The position numbers and the translations under genes are program-made. Shown in pieces: positions 1 through 8,950 of a DNA stretch of 12,354 bases. The notes under the pieces were generated by a model that saw only the letters and a list, made by a program, of their open reading frames with translations, was not told where the DNA came from and did no database searches. Position 1 is the stretch's first letter, and the number at the start of each line of letters is the position of its first letter. Location: NCBI GenBank assembly GCA_964248365.1, contig CAXTYC010000064.1:1-12354 (forward strand), read 5' to 3'. The DNA is from an uncultured Chroococcidiopsis sp. (GTDB lineage Bacteria > Cyanobacteriota > Cyanobacteriia > Cyanobacteriales > Chroococcidiopsidaceae).

Positions 1-103
1 CAATTGCAAACTGCTTAAACCACAAGCGTTTCGGCTTTTCTTAGTGCCATTCGTAATATGTCCAATGCATTCATTCCCACTGGGGCGATATAAAGGCAGG
101 GCG

Positions 104-178
104 ACAATGGGTAGGAGGTACAGAGTATGGGCAAGTGCACTTGTGCATACCCTATTCCCTGTACCTTGCACCCATTGT
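104..178. repeat. Long imperfect inverted repeat (hairpin) downstream of the minus-strand ORF; possible terminator or dispersed repeat
   Basis: ACAATGGGT(104-112)/ACCCATTGT(170-178), AGGTACAG/CTGTACCT, GTATG/CATAC and central palindrome CAAGTGCACTTG (132-143). Confidence 0.6.
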
Positions 179-225
179 TCTCACAACGTTCTTACAACTG
201 ATGACAGATTGCTTTTAGCACATCT

Positions 226-672
226 CTACTTGTTAAAAGCTTCCTTGATGTTATCAACAGTGCGTTTAACAGCATTCGTTGACTTGTCTACTTGTTTTTC
301 AGTCCGAGATGCATCTTCCTCGGCTCTTTGCTCAATTCGATCCCTATCTCTTTTGGCTTTGCCTTCAACAAAAGTACCCTCGTCGTCGGCTTGATCAACT
401 TTTGAGGCATTTTTGTTTGCAGTTTTCTCAACTTTATCTTTTGTACCTTGGATAAGATCCTTGGAGCCTTTAGCAACGTCATCGGCTGCCCCTTTAACCG
501 CATCGCCCACGTCTGCCGCTGCGATCAAGTTAGTAGCAGGATTAGCCATTGCTGCCGTGTTCGAGAAAAAAGCACCTTGCCAAACGAAGGCGATCGCACT
601 AAGACAAAACAGCGTTGTAGCCAGAAAGCGTCCGAAAGTCGAAAGTCGCTTTGTCAAAGAAAAGAGTTTCAT
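226..672 (-). CDS. Cyanobacterial LEA-like/stress-type small protein with N-terminal signal or membrane anchor
   Basis: ORF 226-699. The ATG at 672 is preferred because AGGAGA (682-687, minus) lies 9 nt upstream. Hydrophobic segment FLATTLFCLSAIAFVWQGAFF, then an A/K/D-rich hydrophilic helical tail ending VDNIKEAFNK. Product name is inferred from composition. Confidence 0.7.
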   Translation of the reverse strand: MKLFSLTKRLSTFGRFLATTLFCLSAIAFVWQGAFFSNTAAMANPATNLIAAADVGDAVKGAADDVAKGSKDLIQGTKDKVEKTANKNASKVDQADDEGTFVEGKAKRDRDRIEQRAEEDASRTEKQVDKSTNAVKRTVDNIKEAFNK

Positions 673-849
673 AGGATACAATCTCCTAGTATTCAGCATT
701 TACATTAACTTCAACTGGCTCATCGCTAGATCACTCCGTAGACAGAGGTTCTTCCATCACCAAGAAAGTAGGGAGTAGATAGTTATTAATTATTCTTAAA
801 ATAGTAGGTAGATTTATCCCCATATAAGAAATAAGTTGATTTCGAGATT

Positions 850-1341
850 ATGCCCTTGTCGAATACCCAGCAAAGCGATGCCGTCACTACACAATCCCCC
901 TTGGCTTCAAAGTCTTGGCAAATCAAGCTGCTGTACGACGGTGAATGTCCGTTGTGTGTGCGAGAGGTTAACTTTTTGAAGAAACGGGATGCTGGTCGAG
1001 GACTCGTCGAGTTTGTGGACATTGCCGACGACAACTACAATCCCCAAGAACATGGTGGGATTGACTATGAAACAGCAATGGGGCGAATCCACGCCGTTCT
1101 GACTGACGGCACAATCGTCAAAAATGTGGAAGTTTTTCGTAGAGTTTACGAGATTCTGGGAATGGGGTGGATTTATGCAATCACCAAATTACCCATTATT
1201 GGTTTTATCGTTGATGCTTTGTATGGAATTTGGGCTGACTGGCGGCTTTTCCTCACCGGACGACCGGATCTAGCAACGATTGTTGCCACTCGCCAAAATC
1301 GAATTGAGTGCAAGACACAGGGACGCTGTCAAATCAAATGA
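850..1341 (+). CDS. Thiol-disulfide oxidoreductase, DCC family (DUF393)
   Basis: LLYDGECPLC (DxxCxLC) motif, plus AMGRIHAV and YxxWAxWR segments typical of the family. Confidence 0.9.
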   Translation: MPLSNTQQSDAVTTQSPLASKSWQIKLLYDGECPLCVREVNFLKKRDAGRGLVEFVDIADDNYNPQEHGGIDYETAMGRIHAVLTDGTIVKNVEVFRRVYEILGMGWIYAITKLPIIGFIVDALYGIWADWRLFLTGRPDLATIVATRQNRIECKTQGRCQIK

Positions 1342-1445
1342 ATGAGTCTTTAGATGCTCAGCAGTACGCTCGGTTAGGAGGGTATAGCTGGGGTGTTGAC
1401 CGCAAACAGACTCTTCTGGCTCTAGAGAAACAATATTCTGATTAA

Positions 1446-1513
1446 CAATTATCAATTATCAATGACTAATGACCCTGGACAAATGACTCTTGATAGCTAA
1501 TAGCTAATCGCTA
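1446..1513. repeat. Short tandem heptamer-type repeats (STRR-like) between convergent genes
   Basis: CAATTAT x2, AATGAC(T) x3, TAGCTAA x2 plus a degenerate copy. Confidence 0.55.
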
Positions 1514-1522
1514 CCAACTTTC

Positions 1523-1789
1523 TTAGCAATAAATTGTGATATCTTCACCACATTCATCCGCCAAAAAACATAGACATTTGAAGCGAAGACTTACAATTTG
1601 CTCGTAGAAAGGATTTAATTTACAAAGAGGTGGAATATACAATACCTGGTGTCCTAATTTGATATTGCGCTCAAAAGGACAACGAGCAGGAATTAACTTG
1701 CAGAATAAATGCGCTAACTTGGGGTCATGCACTTCAATTGCCTCTAGCCAATTACAAACTTGATCTCGTAGACTGCTAAATGTGAACAT
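1523..1789 (-). CDS. Mo-dependent nitrogenase C-terminal domain-containing protein (function unknown; not a nitrogenase subunit)
   Basis: CKLIPARCPFER...IPPLCKLNPFYEQIVSLRFKCLCFLADECGEDITIYC is the signature of this cyanobacterial domain. Confidence 0.9.
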   Translation of the reverse strand: MFTFSSLRDQVCNWLEAIEVHDPKLAHLFCKLIPARCPFERNIKLGHQVLYIPPLCKLNPFYEQIVSLRFKCLCFLADECGEDITIYC

Positions 1790-1903
1790 AGCGATCGCTC
1801 CTTGTAATACATTTAAATAATGTCTGTTGCTACCTTTGTACCTTCATACTTATAGATAGGTCTGCTGCTGCCAAGTTATGCAATCAACGTGAGCTGTTAA
1901 TTC

Positions 1904-3115
1904 ATGCGTCCTCGTCAAGGCATTATTGAAGTCTTTTCGACTTTTCTGCAATTTGATGCTGATCGTTTCAGTGCTTGGGCAACTGAACCACGACTGCGGC
2001 GGAGTATGCAAGTAAATTTGACTCGAACGGGGATCGTAGAGTCTAGAGAAGAATTTTGGGTTCTCTATTGGTACAAGCTGTGGCAAACCCAGCCAAATAG
2101 TTTGGCACAATCCCATCTGTGCGCTTACTTGCAAGAAGTGTGCTACTGGGCGGCACACAAAACAAATGCTAGCTTTTCCTCTACCCAGTACACTTTATCT
2201 GACTGCTTCATGATGGCGATCGCACGGTTGGATAAAGTATTGAAAGGCTTTAATCCCCAGCTTGGCTACGGTTTCAAAAATTATGCAACCGTAATTTTCA
2301 CCAGTGTCCTTAAAGATATCCTGCGCCAGCATCAGGAAGTTGATATTTGTACTAACTGGTCGTTATTACGCAAGATCAGCCAAAAACGCTTAGTCGAATC
2401 TTTGCAAAATGTTGGTTTGAATACCGAAGCAATTGCTTGTTACGTGCTTGCTTGGAATTGTTTCAAAACTGTTTATGTCCCAAATCATCCTACTGGTACT
2501 CGTCAACTCCCTAAACCTGATGCTGCTACTTGGGAAGCGATCGCCCAATTATACAACCAACAGCGGCTGGTTCAACTGCCATCTACCCAACAATGCAATG
2601 CTCAAACCCTAGAAAAATGGCTGGGCGCTTGTGCGAAAGCAGCGCGTTCTTATCTATATCCGACTTTTATATCGATCAATACTCCTAAACCAGGACAAGA
2701 ATCAGGCGAATTTTTAGACGATGTAACCGAATTCACTCAAGAAACATTTCTTAATGAAATTATTGCCGCCGAAGAAGAGCAAAGCAAACATCTACAGCAA
2801 GATCAGCTTAAAGCCGAGCTAGCAGAGGCTTTGGCGGGGCTAGATCCCCAGGCACAGAAGATCGTGCAGCTTTACTACGGGCAAGGACTCACGCAACAGC
2901 AAATAGCCCAAAATCTCGATATCAAGCAGTATACCGTTTCTCGGCGGTTAACAAAATCTAGAGAAATTTTGCTGACTTCTCTTGCTCGTTGGAGTGGTGA
3001 GACACTGCATATTTCATTAACTTCAGAAGTACTTAGCTATATAAATACCGTTCTGGAGGAATGGTTAAAAGTCTACTATGACCATCCCTGCCCTCGCTTG
3101 GAGTCTTCCCCATGA
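1904..3115 (+). CDS. Sigma-70-family-like regulator (cyanobacterial long form with C-terminal region-4 HTH)
   Basis: 403 aa. Region-2-like segment (AHLxAYLQE-type ... GFNPQLGYGFKNYA...LKDILRQ) and region-4 HTH LDPQAQKIVQLYYGQGLTQQQIAQNLDIKQYTVSRRL. Confidence 0.85.
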   Translation: MRPRQGIIEVFSTFLQFDADRFSAWATEPRLRRSMQVNLTRTGIVESREEFWVLYWYKLWQTQPNSLAQSHLCAYLQEVCYWAAHKTNASFSSTQYTLSDCFMMAIARLDKVLKGFNPQLGYGFKNYATVIFTSVLKDILRQHQEVDICTNWSLLRKISQKRLVESLQNVGLNTEAIACYVLAWNCFKTVYVPNHPTGTRQLPKPDAATWEAIAQLYNQQRLVQLPSTQQCNAQTLEKWLGACAKAARSYLYPTFISINTPKPGQESGEFLDDVTEFTQETFLNEIIAAEEEQSKHLQQDQLKAELAEALAGLDPQAQKIVQLYYGQGLTQQQIAQNLDIKQYTVSRRLTKSREILLTSLARWSGETLHISLTSEVLSYINTVLEEWLKVYYDHPCPRLESSP

Positions 3116-4275
3116 CTTTTGATCCTGCCTTGCTTCCCACCGCTGATTCGACTCACTTGTGCTTAGATTTGTCCGAAACAGATATAACCCAGGCTTGGCA
3201 GCGCAGCCAGTCTTTTTCTAGCAATAGTTGTTGCTGGAATGCTTATCTCAATTCTATTTGCCTCAATAGTGTTCTGGGCTGGCTACGAGAGGAGTGCGCA
3301 CCCCAAGCTAATGTTTGGTTAAGTGCTACTTTGCCAAGCATTTGGGAGGTGGTTAATGGATCAGCTATTACCCTAGACAGAACCCGATTTGTTTTAGTTC
3401 CCACCGAGGCGATTGATTTAAGTGAGCTGCGAGTGCCGCAAGAATGGGTAGATATTCCAAGCTGGGCAGGAGATTATTATCTGGGAGTGCAAGTTAATCC
3501 AGATGAAGGGTTGGTAAGAATCTGGGGATACACAACGAATCAGCAGCTAAAACAAAAAGGTAGCTACGATCCGCAAGATCGTACATATAGCTTGGATGAA
3601 AATGATTTAATTCAAGATATCAGTGTTTTGTGGGTGGCACGTCAACTTGGTCTAGAAGAACGAACTAAAAGCCATATATCAGCCCTACTTAGTATACCAT
3701 TAGCACAGGCACAAAACTTAATAGCCCGTTTGGGTAATCCAGATGTAATTAATCCTCGGCTAGCCCTCCCGTTCGAGTTGTGGGGAGCTATTCTAGAGCA
3801 TGGCGGCTGGAGACAAAGGCTGTACCAGAGCCGTATGGGACATTCAGAGCAGTGGTCAATTTTACAATGGCTCCAAAGTGGAGTATCAGAAGCGGCAAAA
3901 CAGATCGGTTGGGGACAAGCAGAATGGCAGCTAGCAGGAGGGAAAGGAACAACAATTCCATCAGTAGATTTTTTGTCTCGCTCTTTGGCGATCGCAGGTC
4001 AAAATTATGAGTTGCGGGTGATTCCCAAAGGTGATGCTAATGAGAGAATTTGGCGGTTTGAGCTTATAAATGCCAATAGGGGCGATCGCATTCCAGGCGG
4101 ATTTAAACTGCGACTACTAACTGAGGATTTGCAAGCTTTTGAAGGCAACGAAGACGTAGCTATAAATGCCCAAGAGCATTTATTTGTTGACGTAGTTCTT
4201 GCACCTGGCGAAGGCTTGGTATGGGAAGTAGAACCGATGCCAGACAACTGCGATCGTGAGATCCTGCGATTTTAA
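3112..4275 (+). CDS. DUF1822 family protein
   Basis: WNAYLN, LxxIWEVVNGSAI, ELRVPQEWVDIPSWAGDYYLGVQV...IWGYTT motifs. ATGA overlap with the stop of the sigma-like gene. Confidence 0.88.
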   Translation: MTFDPALLPTADSTHLCLDLSETDITQAWQRSQSFSSNSCCWNAYLNSICLNSVLGWLREECAPQANVWLSATLPSIWEVVNGSAITLDRTRFVLVPTEAIDLSELRVPQEWVDIPSWAGDYYLGVQVNPDEGLVRIWGYTTNQQLKQKGSYDPQDRTYSLDENDLIQDISVLWVARQLGLEERTKSHISALLSIPLAQAQNLIARLGNPDVINPRLALPFELWGAILEHGGWRQRLYQSRMGHSEQWSILQWLQSGVSEAAKQIGWGQAEWQLAGGKGTTIPSVDFLSRSLAIAGQNYELRVIPKGDANERIWRFELINANRGDRIPGGFKLRLLTEDLQAFEGNEDVAINAQEHLFVDVVLAPGEGLVWEVEPMPDNCDREILRF

Positions 4276-4327
4276 CTAAAGAATTCTCATTAAGACAGCA
4301 GTTCTTGAGCTTGATCGCTAAAATCGT

Positions 4328-4398
4328 CACACCAAAAAGCTACGACACCAACAAACTAAACACTTCTTTCCTTTTGTGTCTTTGCGACTTTGCGTGAC
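4328..4398. terminator. Degenerate inverted repeat between convergent genes (CTTTGCG-type cyanobacterial dispersed repeat); possible bidirectional terminator
   Basis: TCACACCAAAAAGCTACGACAC on the left and TTTGTGTCTTTGCGACTTTGCGTGA on the right; pairing is imperfect. Confidence 0.4.
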
Positions 4399-4424
4399 AA
4401 TAATCCAAAATCCACCCATCAAAA

Positions 4425-6353
4425 TCAATGTCCTAACTTAATTTCCCCATCCTTGTCACCACTAGCAAGCGTTTTGCCATCAGGACTAATTGCCACAGCA
4501 TAAACATCCGCATCATGACGAGATATAGTGTTTAGCAACTCTCCAGTTTGTGGATTCCAGAGTTTGATCAGGCGATCCTCTGCACCGCTAACAAGCATGC
4601 CATCTGCTCTAAAGGCTATAGAATTAACATGATTTGAATGCCCAGATAGAGTATGTAGTAGCGCCCCAGTTTGTATATTCCAAAGCTTGATCGTATTATC
4701 ATTACCACCGCTAGCAACCATCTGACCATTTGGGCTAATCGCAACAGAAATAATTCTCGCTGTATGCCCCTTGAGAGTATGAAGCAACTGCCCAGTTTGT
4801 AAATTCCAAATTCTAACTGTGTTGTCTTTCCCGCCACTGGCAATAATTTGCCCATTTGGACTAATTGCCACAGAGCGAACTGTATCTGTATGCCCAACTA
4901 TTGTACGCAGCAATTGTCCTGTTTTCAAATTCCAAATTTTAACTGTCTTATCTCCACTGCCACTAACAATAATTTGTCCATCTGGGCTAATTGCTACAGA
5001 GCGAACTGTATCTGTATGCCCAACTATTGTACGCAGCAATTCTCCTGTTTTTAAATTCCAAATTTTAATTGTTTTATCTCCGCTACCGCTGACAAGAGTC
5101 TGTCCATCTGGGCTAATTGCAATAGACCAAATTGTATCTAAATGCGCTGAGGGAAAGACGCGAAATAATTCACTATTTTTTAGCTGCCATAGCTTGATTG
5201 TTTTGTCTCCACTGCTACTAGCCAGGAGTTGACTATCAGGACTGAAGACAAGACACCAAACTGTGTTTCTATGCTCAAAGACGGTAGAAACCTGATTTTT
5301 ATATTTTGTGTCTGCGGCAATAGATTCACCCATCGGCAGATGTTGTAAATCTTGAGTGTGAGTAAATGTGTATATTGTTCCGGCAAGTAATAATACAGTG
5401 ACAAGACTAGCTCCAATCACTGACTGTGAGTTTCTCAAATTTGGCAGCGGAAAATTAACTCGGTGAATTGGAGTTGAATTTAGATGGTATGGTTTATCAG
5501 CAAGCAACTGTCGTAGGTCATATTCAGTCGTTACCGCTGACGGCTCATCACTTGCTCCACCAGAATCGCTCTCGGTTGAATCTTCATTCCACTTTTGTTT
5601 TAGGTTCCCAATTGGTGCTTTAGTCAGCCCAATATTATAGCTTTCTCCAACTGTATATATTGTTGGTTCCAATGTGACGGTAGACTCTTCTACTTTTCTG
5701 CTAATGTACTGATGTAGTTCATAAGCAGAAATAGATTTATCTTGATTTAAATCTGCTATTCCTGTTTCAATTCCTTCAACTAAATAACGGGTATAACTTG
5801 AAAGGTCAAAACCCTTGTGTGAGGGTAATTCTTGTGTTGAAGTGGCAGCTGTTAGGACTACTCGCCCTTCTCCCCCTAGCTGGTTTTTGATATCTACATA
5901 ATTGGAATTTTGAGATAACCAAATATTAGCAAAAGCATTACTTAAACAACAGTCTAATATCACTACTTGTTGTCTAGAGAGGCTATCGTTCATGATGTCT
6001 TGCACAAAAGTAGCTGGTACTGCTGTTGATTTGACAAGTTCCCCTTGAGAATTTTTACAACTGAGGCGGGTTGTAAAATAAAGCTGGTTGTGATCGTCAT
6101 TTACACAGTGACCAGAGAAAAATAGCAGTACCAAGTCATCATATTCGCGCACTTTCTCTGTAAACAAAAGCGCGATCGCCCTCTGCATTGTCAGTGGATC
6201 GGGGTTTTTTAGTGTTTGCACATAACTAAAATCGCCCAGAAGGGGGTTTTGTAATATACGTTGCATTGCCTCTAAATCTTTTACTACCCCAGGCATCCAG
6301 TTAAAGCCAGGTCCGTAGTCACTCACTCCAATCAGCAATGCTACTCTAGCCAT
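4425..6353 (-). CDS. Caspase-family (peptidase C14, orthocaspase-like) protein with transmembrane helix and 7 WD40 repeats
   Basis: N-terminal VALLIGVSDY, FFSGH(C) and ILDCC (His/Cys dyad present). Hydrophobic VIGASLVTVLLLAGTIYTF. Seven (G)H...SPDG...D.TIK.W repeats. Confidence 0.9.
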   Translation of the reverse strand: MARVALLIGVSDYGPGFNWMPGVVKDLEAMQRILQNPLLGDFSYVQTLKNPDPLTMQRAIALLFTEKVREYDDLVLLFFSGHCVNDDHNQLYFTTRLSCKNSQGELVKSTAVPATFVQDIMNDSLSRQQVVILDCCLSNAFANIWLSQNSNYVDIKNQLGGEGRVVLTAATSTQELPSHKGFDLSSYTRYLVEGIETGIADLNQDKSISAYELHQYISRKVEESTVTLEPTIYTVGESYNIGLTKAPIGNLKQKWNEDSTESDSGGASDEPSAVTTEYDLRQLLADKPYHLNSTPIHRVNFPLPNLRNSQSVIGASLVTVLLLAGTIYTFTHTQDLQHLPMGESIAADTKYKNQVSTVFEHRNTVWCLVFSPDSQLLASSSGDKTIKLWQLKNSELFRVFPSAHLDTIWSIAISPDGQTLVSGSGDKTIKIWNLKTGELLRTIVGHTDTVRSVAISPDGQIIVSGSGDKTVKIWNLKTGQLLRTIVGHTDTVRSVAISPNGQIIASGGKDNTVRIWNLQTGQLLHTLKGHTARIISVAISPNGQMVASGGNDNTIKLWNIQTGALLHTLSGHSNHVNSIAFRADGMLVSGAEDRLIKLWNPQTGELLNTISRHDADVYAVAISPDGKTLASGDKDGEIKLGH

Positions 6354-6905
6354 TTATGACTTCCTCCGCTGATTTTATCAGTTGGTGCTTACCCATAGCT
6401 CTACGCAAGCAATAGGCTATTTTACTAGCAACGCCTAAAAGTATCATTTTGTCGTTCTAGTTTTAAAAAGTTTTTGACAAGGACTCTTATCTATCTTCTT
6501 TGCCCCTGGCTAGCTATGGGTAGTTGCTACAAACTTTTTAACTGTTACAGTCTAAAAGTTACTTATGAGATATTTACGGCTGGCGATCGCGTCTGCCTTC
6601 CTATAAAGATACTCAACCAGTGTAATATTTTTTACTTATACTTGGAAAAATTAGCGTTCGGGTAGCCGAGTAACTTTGTGGTGGGCGATTTCTGTCTAGT
6701 TAGTTACACCCGCAAGTTTATGAGCAATTGTGAGGGTGCGATGCCTGGCGAACAGGCTCCGCTTCGCGTCTACGCTTCCTTTAACTTTTTCAATTTTCTA
6801 TTGTACTTAATATGCCTAACACTTGCAGATAGCTCTAATTGTTGTGTTGGCTTTAACACAATAATAAGTATTATTCTATAAATATTTATTTCACTTATGA
6901 AAAAC

Positions 6906-6924
6906 GTGGGCAATGCCCACCTAC
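6906..6924. repeat. REP-like short palindrome GTGGGCAATGCCCAC(CTAC)
   Basis: Hairpin GTGGGCA/TGCCCAC followed by CTAC; resembles common cyanobacterial extragenic palindromes. Confidence 0.55.
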
Positions 6925-7120
6925 ATACTAGAAAAAGGTTAGCGATCGCCCGCTCATATCAAATATTTTTTCATCTGGACGCTGGGGATTTTGACACCAG
7001 AGCATAATGTATGAAATGAGGATTCAATGAATTTGTAACCACCAGCTTGCTCAAAGGGTTTAGCATTAGTTGAAGCCGAAAGCTGTAGCTTTTGATTTAT
7101 TGATTGAGCGCTTCTCTTCA

Positions 7121-7426
7121 TCAACTATTTAAATTTAAATCAGTAGCATTACCGAATCTACTAATCTGAATGCTCCACTCTCGTATATTTTTCGTTTGGC
7201 GTTGAGCAAGAGTAGGGTCAGCTATGTGCGCTTGCTTTAGCGCTTCTGAACGAAGTTTTCTGGTTTCTGCCGATTGAACGTAAATAGGATGAGCAATGCC
7301 ATATTCTTTCATCCTTCTTACAAGGGTACTTCTAGAAATATCAAGAATGCCTGCTGTTTCTGTTATTGTTTTTGAGAAAAGCAGGCGTTCAATTTCTTGT
7401 TTAGTAATGTTGGTACAACGCTTCAT
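7121..7426 (-). CDS. Small HTH protein with NUMOD3-like motif; possibly a truncated endonuclease-type gene
   Basis: TITETAGILDISRSTLVRRMKEYGI (HTH) and QSAETRKLRSEALK (NUMOD3-like). Starts 46 bp after the rtcB stop on the same strand. No nuclease motif visible. Confidence 0.55.
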   Translation of the reverse strand: MKRCTNITKQEIERLLFSKTITETAGILDISRSTLVRRMKEYGIAHPIYVQSAETRKLRSEALKQAHIADPTLAQRQTKNIREWSIQISRFGNATDLNLNS

Positions 7427-7472
7427 ATTCTAGGAAATTTTATTACTAATACTTGAAGCATCCTACCATTTT

Positions 7473-8654
7473 TCAACCTTTCACGCAAATAACTTGTTTC
7501 AAAGTAGCAACTACCTCTACAAGATCTGTTTGTTGACAAATAACTTCTTCTATCGGCTTATAAGCCCCAGGAATTTCATCCAAAACACCGCTATCTTTGC
7601 GACATTCTACCCCTTTTGTTTGCTCAATCAAATCATCGAGCGAGAAGTGATTTTTTGCCTTATTTCGAGACATCAAACGCCCCGCACCGTGAGAGCAAGA
7701 GCAGTAACTTTCAACATTACCTTTACCCTTAATAATGAAAGATTTTGCACCCATTGATCCAGGTATAATACCGTAATCTTCTGTACGCGCTCTTACTGCA
7801 CCTTTACGAGTAACATACACATCCTCGCCGAAATGCACTTCTTTTTCGGCATAGTTATGATGGCAGTTTACCTCTAATAAAGGCTTAAATGGCTTACCAC
7901 CAGCAAGATGCTTTTCCATTACCCGCTTAAAACGAGCCATCATTACATCTCGATTAAAACGCGCATAGTCTTGCGCCCATTGTAAATCGCGCCAGTAAGC
8001 AGCAAATTCAGGTGTTCCAGCTACGAAGTAGGCTAAGTCGGGATCGGGTAAACGATTTTCTACCAGCTTTGCCAATTCCCTAGCTGTACCAATATGGCAC
8101 TGAGCTAGCATATTACCAATATGGCGGGAACCAGAGTGTAGCATTAACCAAACTTGGTTTTCGGTATCGATACAAACTTCTAGGAAATGATTTCCTCCAC
8201 CTAGAGAACCCATTTGATTCATTGCTTTGCTTTCCAAGCGTTTTACCCCTGGATGCAAATCTTTGAAATCATACCAACGCTGCCAATTTGTTACAGATTT
8301 TTCAATGTTTTTGTTTTCACTGAATCCGACTGGAATAGTGGCTTCAATGTCAAGACGAATTTGCTTTAGTTTACCTTCAAGTTGATCGGCGACAAATGGC
8401 GTTTTAATCGCACCCATGCCGCAACCAATATCTACACCGATCGCAGCTGGGATAATAGCATCGCGGGTGGCAATTACCGATCCTACTAATGCTCCTTTGC
8501 CTAAATGGACATCTGGCATTAACGCTACGTGCTTGAAAACAAATGGCAGCGAAGCTACATTTTTTGCCATCTTGATTTCTTCAAAACCAAGGGCATGATT
8601 CGCCCAAGTAAGTACAGGCGAGCGCGTTGAAATTTCTAGTTTTTCGTATGGCAT
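7473..8654 (-). CDS. rtcB: RtcB family RNA ligase (3'-phosphate/5'-OH)
   Basis: MPDVHLGKG, GVDIGCG, GSLGGGNHF, HSGSR, NCHHNY, RKGA, IIPGSMG, SHGAGR, DEIPGAYK motifs. No intein. Confidence 0.97.
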   Translation of the reverse strand: MPYEKLEISTRSPVLTWANHALGFEEIKMAKNVASLPFVFKHVALMPDVHLGKGALVGSVIATRDAIIPAAIGVDIGCGMGAIKTPFVADQLEGKLKQIRLDIEATIPVGFSENKNIEKSVTNWQRWYDFKDLHPGVKRLESKAMNQMGSLGGGNHFLEVCIDTENQVWLMLHSGSRHIGNMLAQCHIGTARELAKLVENRLPDPDLAYFVAGTPEFAAYWRDLQWAQDYARFNRDVMMARFKRVMEKHLAGGKPFKPLLEVNCHHNYAEKEVHFGEDVYVTRKGAVRARTEDYGIIPGSMGAKSFIIKGKGNVESYCSCSHGAGRLMSRNKAKNHFSLDDLIEQTKGVECRKDSGVLDEIPGAYKPIEEVICQQTDLVEVVATLKQVICVKG

Positions 8655-8694
8655 AACTTTATACTTTTGACATAACGCAAGCTTATACTTCCCC

Positions 8695-8913
8695 TGGAAA
8701 AAACGACTTAAAAATACAGCCAGCCCTCTTCACAAAAACTCTCCCACGCGCCCGATAAATCCTAATACAGGGAAAAAGGAGACTTTAAAAATAGTGCGGT
8801 CCGTCAAACCAGATACCCTAGAAGACCAACAGATAAGCCAATACACAAACCGCACTATTTTTATGCGTCAGGTGTAAGGCTGGCTGTATTTTTAGAGTTA
8901 CATCGGATTCCCC
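8695..8913. mobile_element. Hairpin mini-element (copy 1, outer) in the rtcB upstream region, containing nested copy 2
   Basis: Flanked by direct repeat TTCCCC (8689-8694, 8908-8913). Arms TAAAAATACAGCCAGCC (8709-8725) and GGCTGGCTGTATTTTTA (8878-8894). Right flank GAGTTACATCGGATTCCC recurs at 12180-12197. Mobility is inferred. Confidence 0.65.
8773..8879. mobile_element. Hairpin mini-element (copy 2) nested in copy 1
   Basis: GG-N13-TAAAAATAGTGCGGT (8786-8800), 48-nt loop, ACCGCACTATTTTTA (8849-8863)-N14-GG. Perfect 15-bp stem. Confidence 0.65.
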
Positions 8914-8950
8914 AGGAGGATGCAAGCTTAACTTACACCAGTTCATTCCT

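Noticed and set aside
1523..1789. Evidence of a nitrogen-fixation locus
   Set aside because: The domain name is historical and there are no nif genes in the window.
6474..6881. Two short + strand ORFs upstream of the caspase gene
   Set aside because: Non-ATG starts, no RBS and no protein-like motifs; probably intergenic regulatory DNA.
8665..8870. dif-like XerC/XerD half-sites (TTATGTCAAAA, TGACGCATAA on the minus strand)
   Set aside because: The half-sites are ~190 bp apart and are not juxtaposed even in the predicted fold.
8695..8913. Y RNA (YrlA-like) next to rtcB, suggested by GGCTGG and the gene context
   Set aside because: No tRNA-like T arm (GTTCGA), no Ro60/rsr gene in the window, and the same structure recurs away from rtcB.
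8677..8930. Retron msr-msd with a1/a2 inverted repeats
   Set aside because: The adjacent gene is rtcB, not a retron RT, and the nesting is better explained by sequential insertions.
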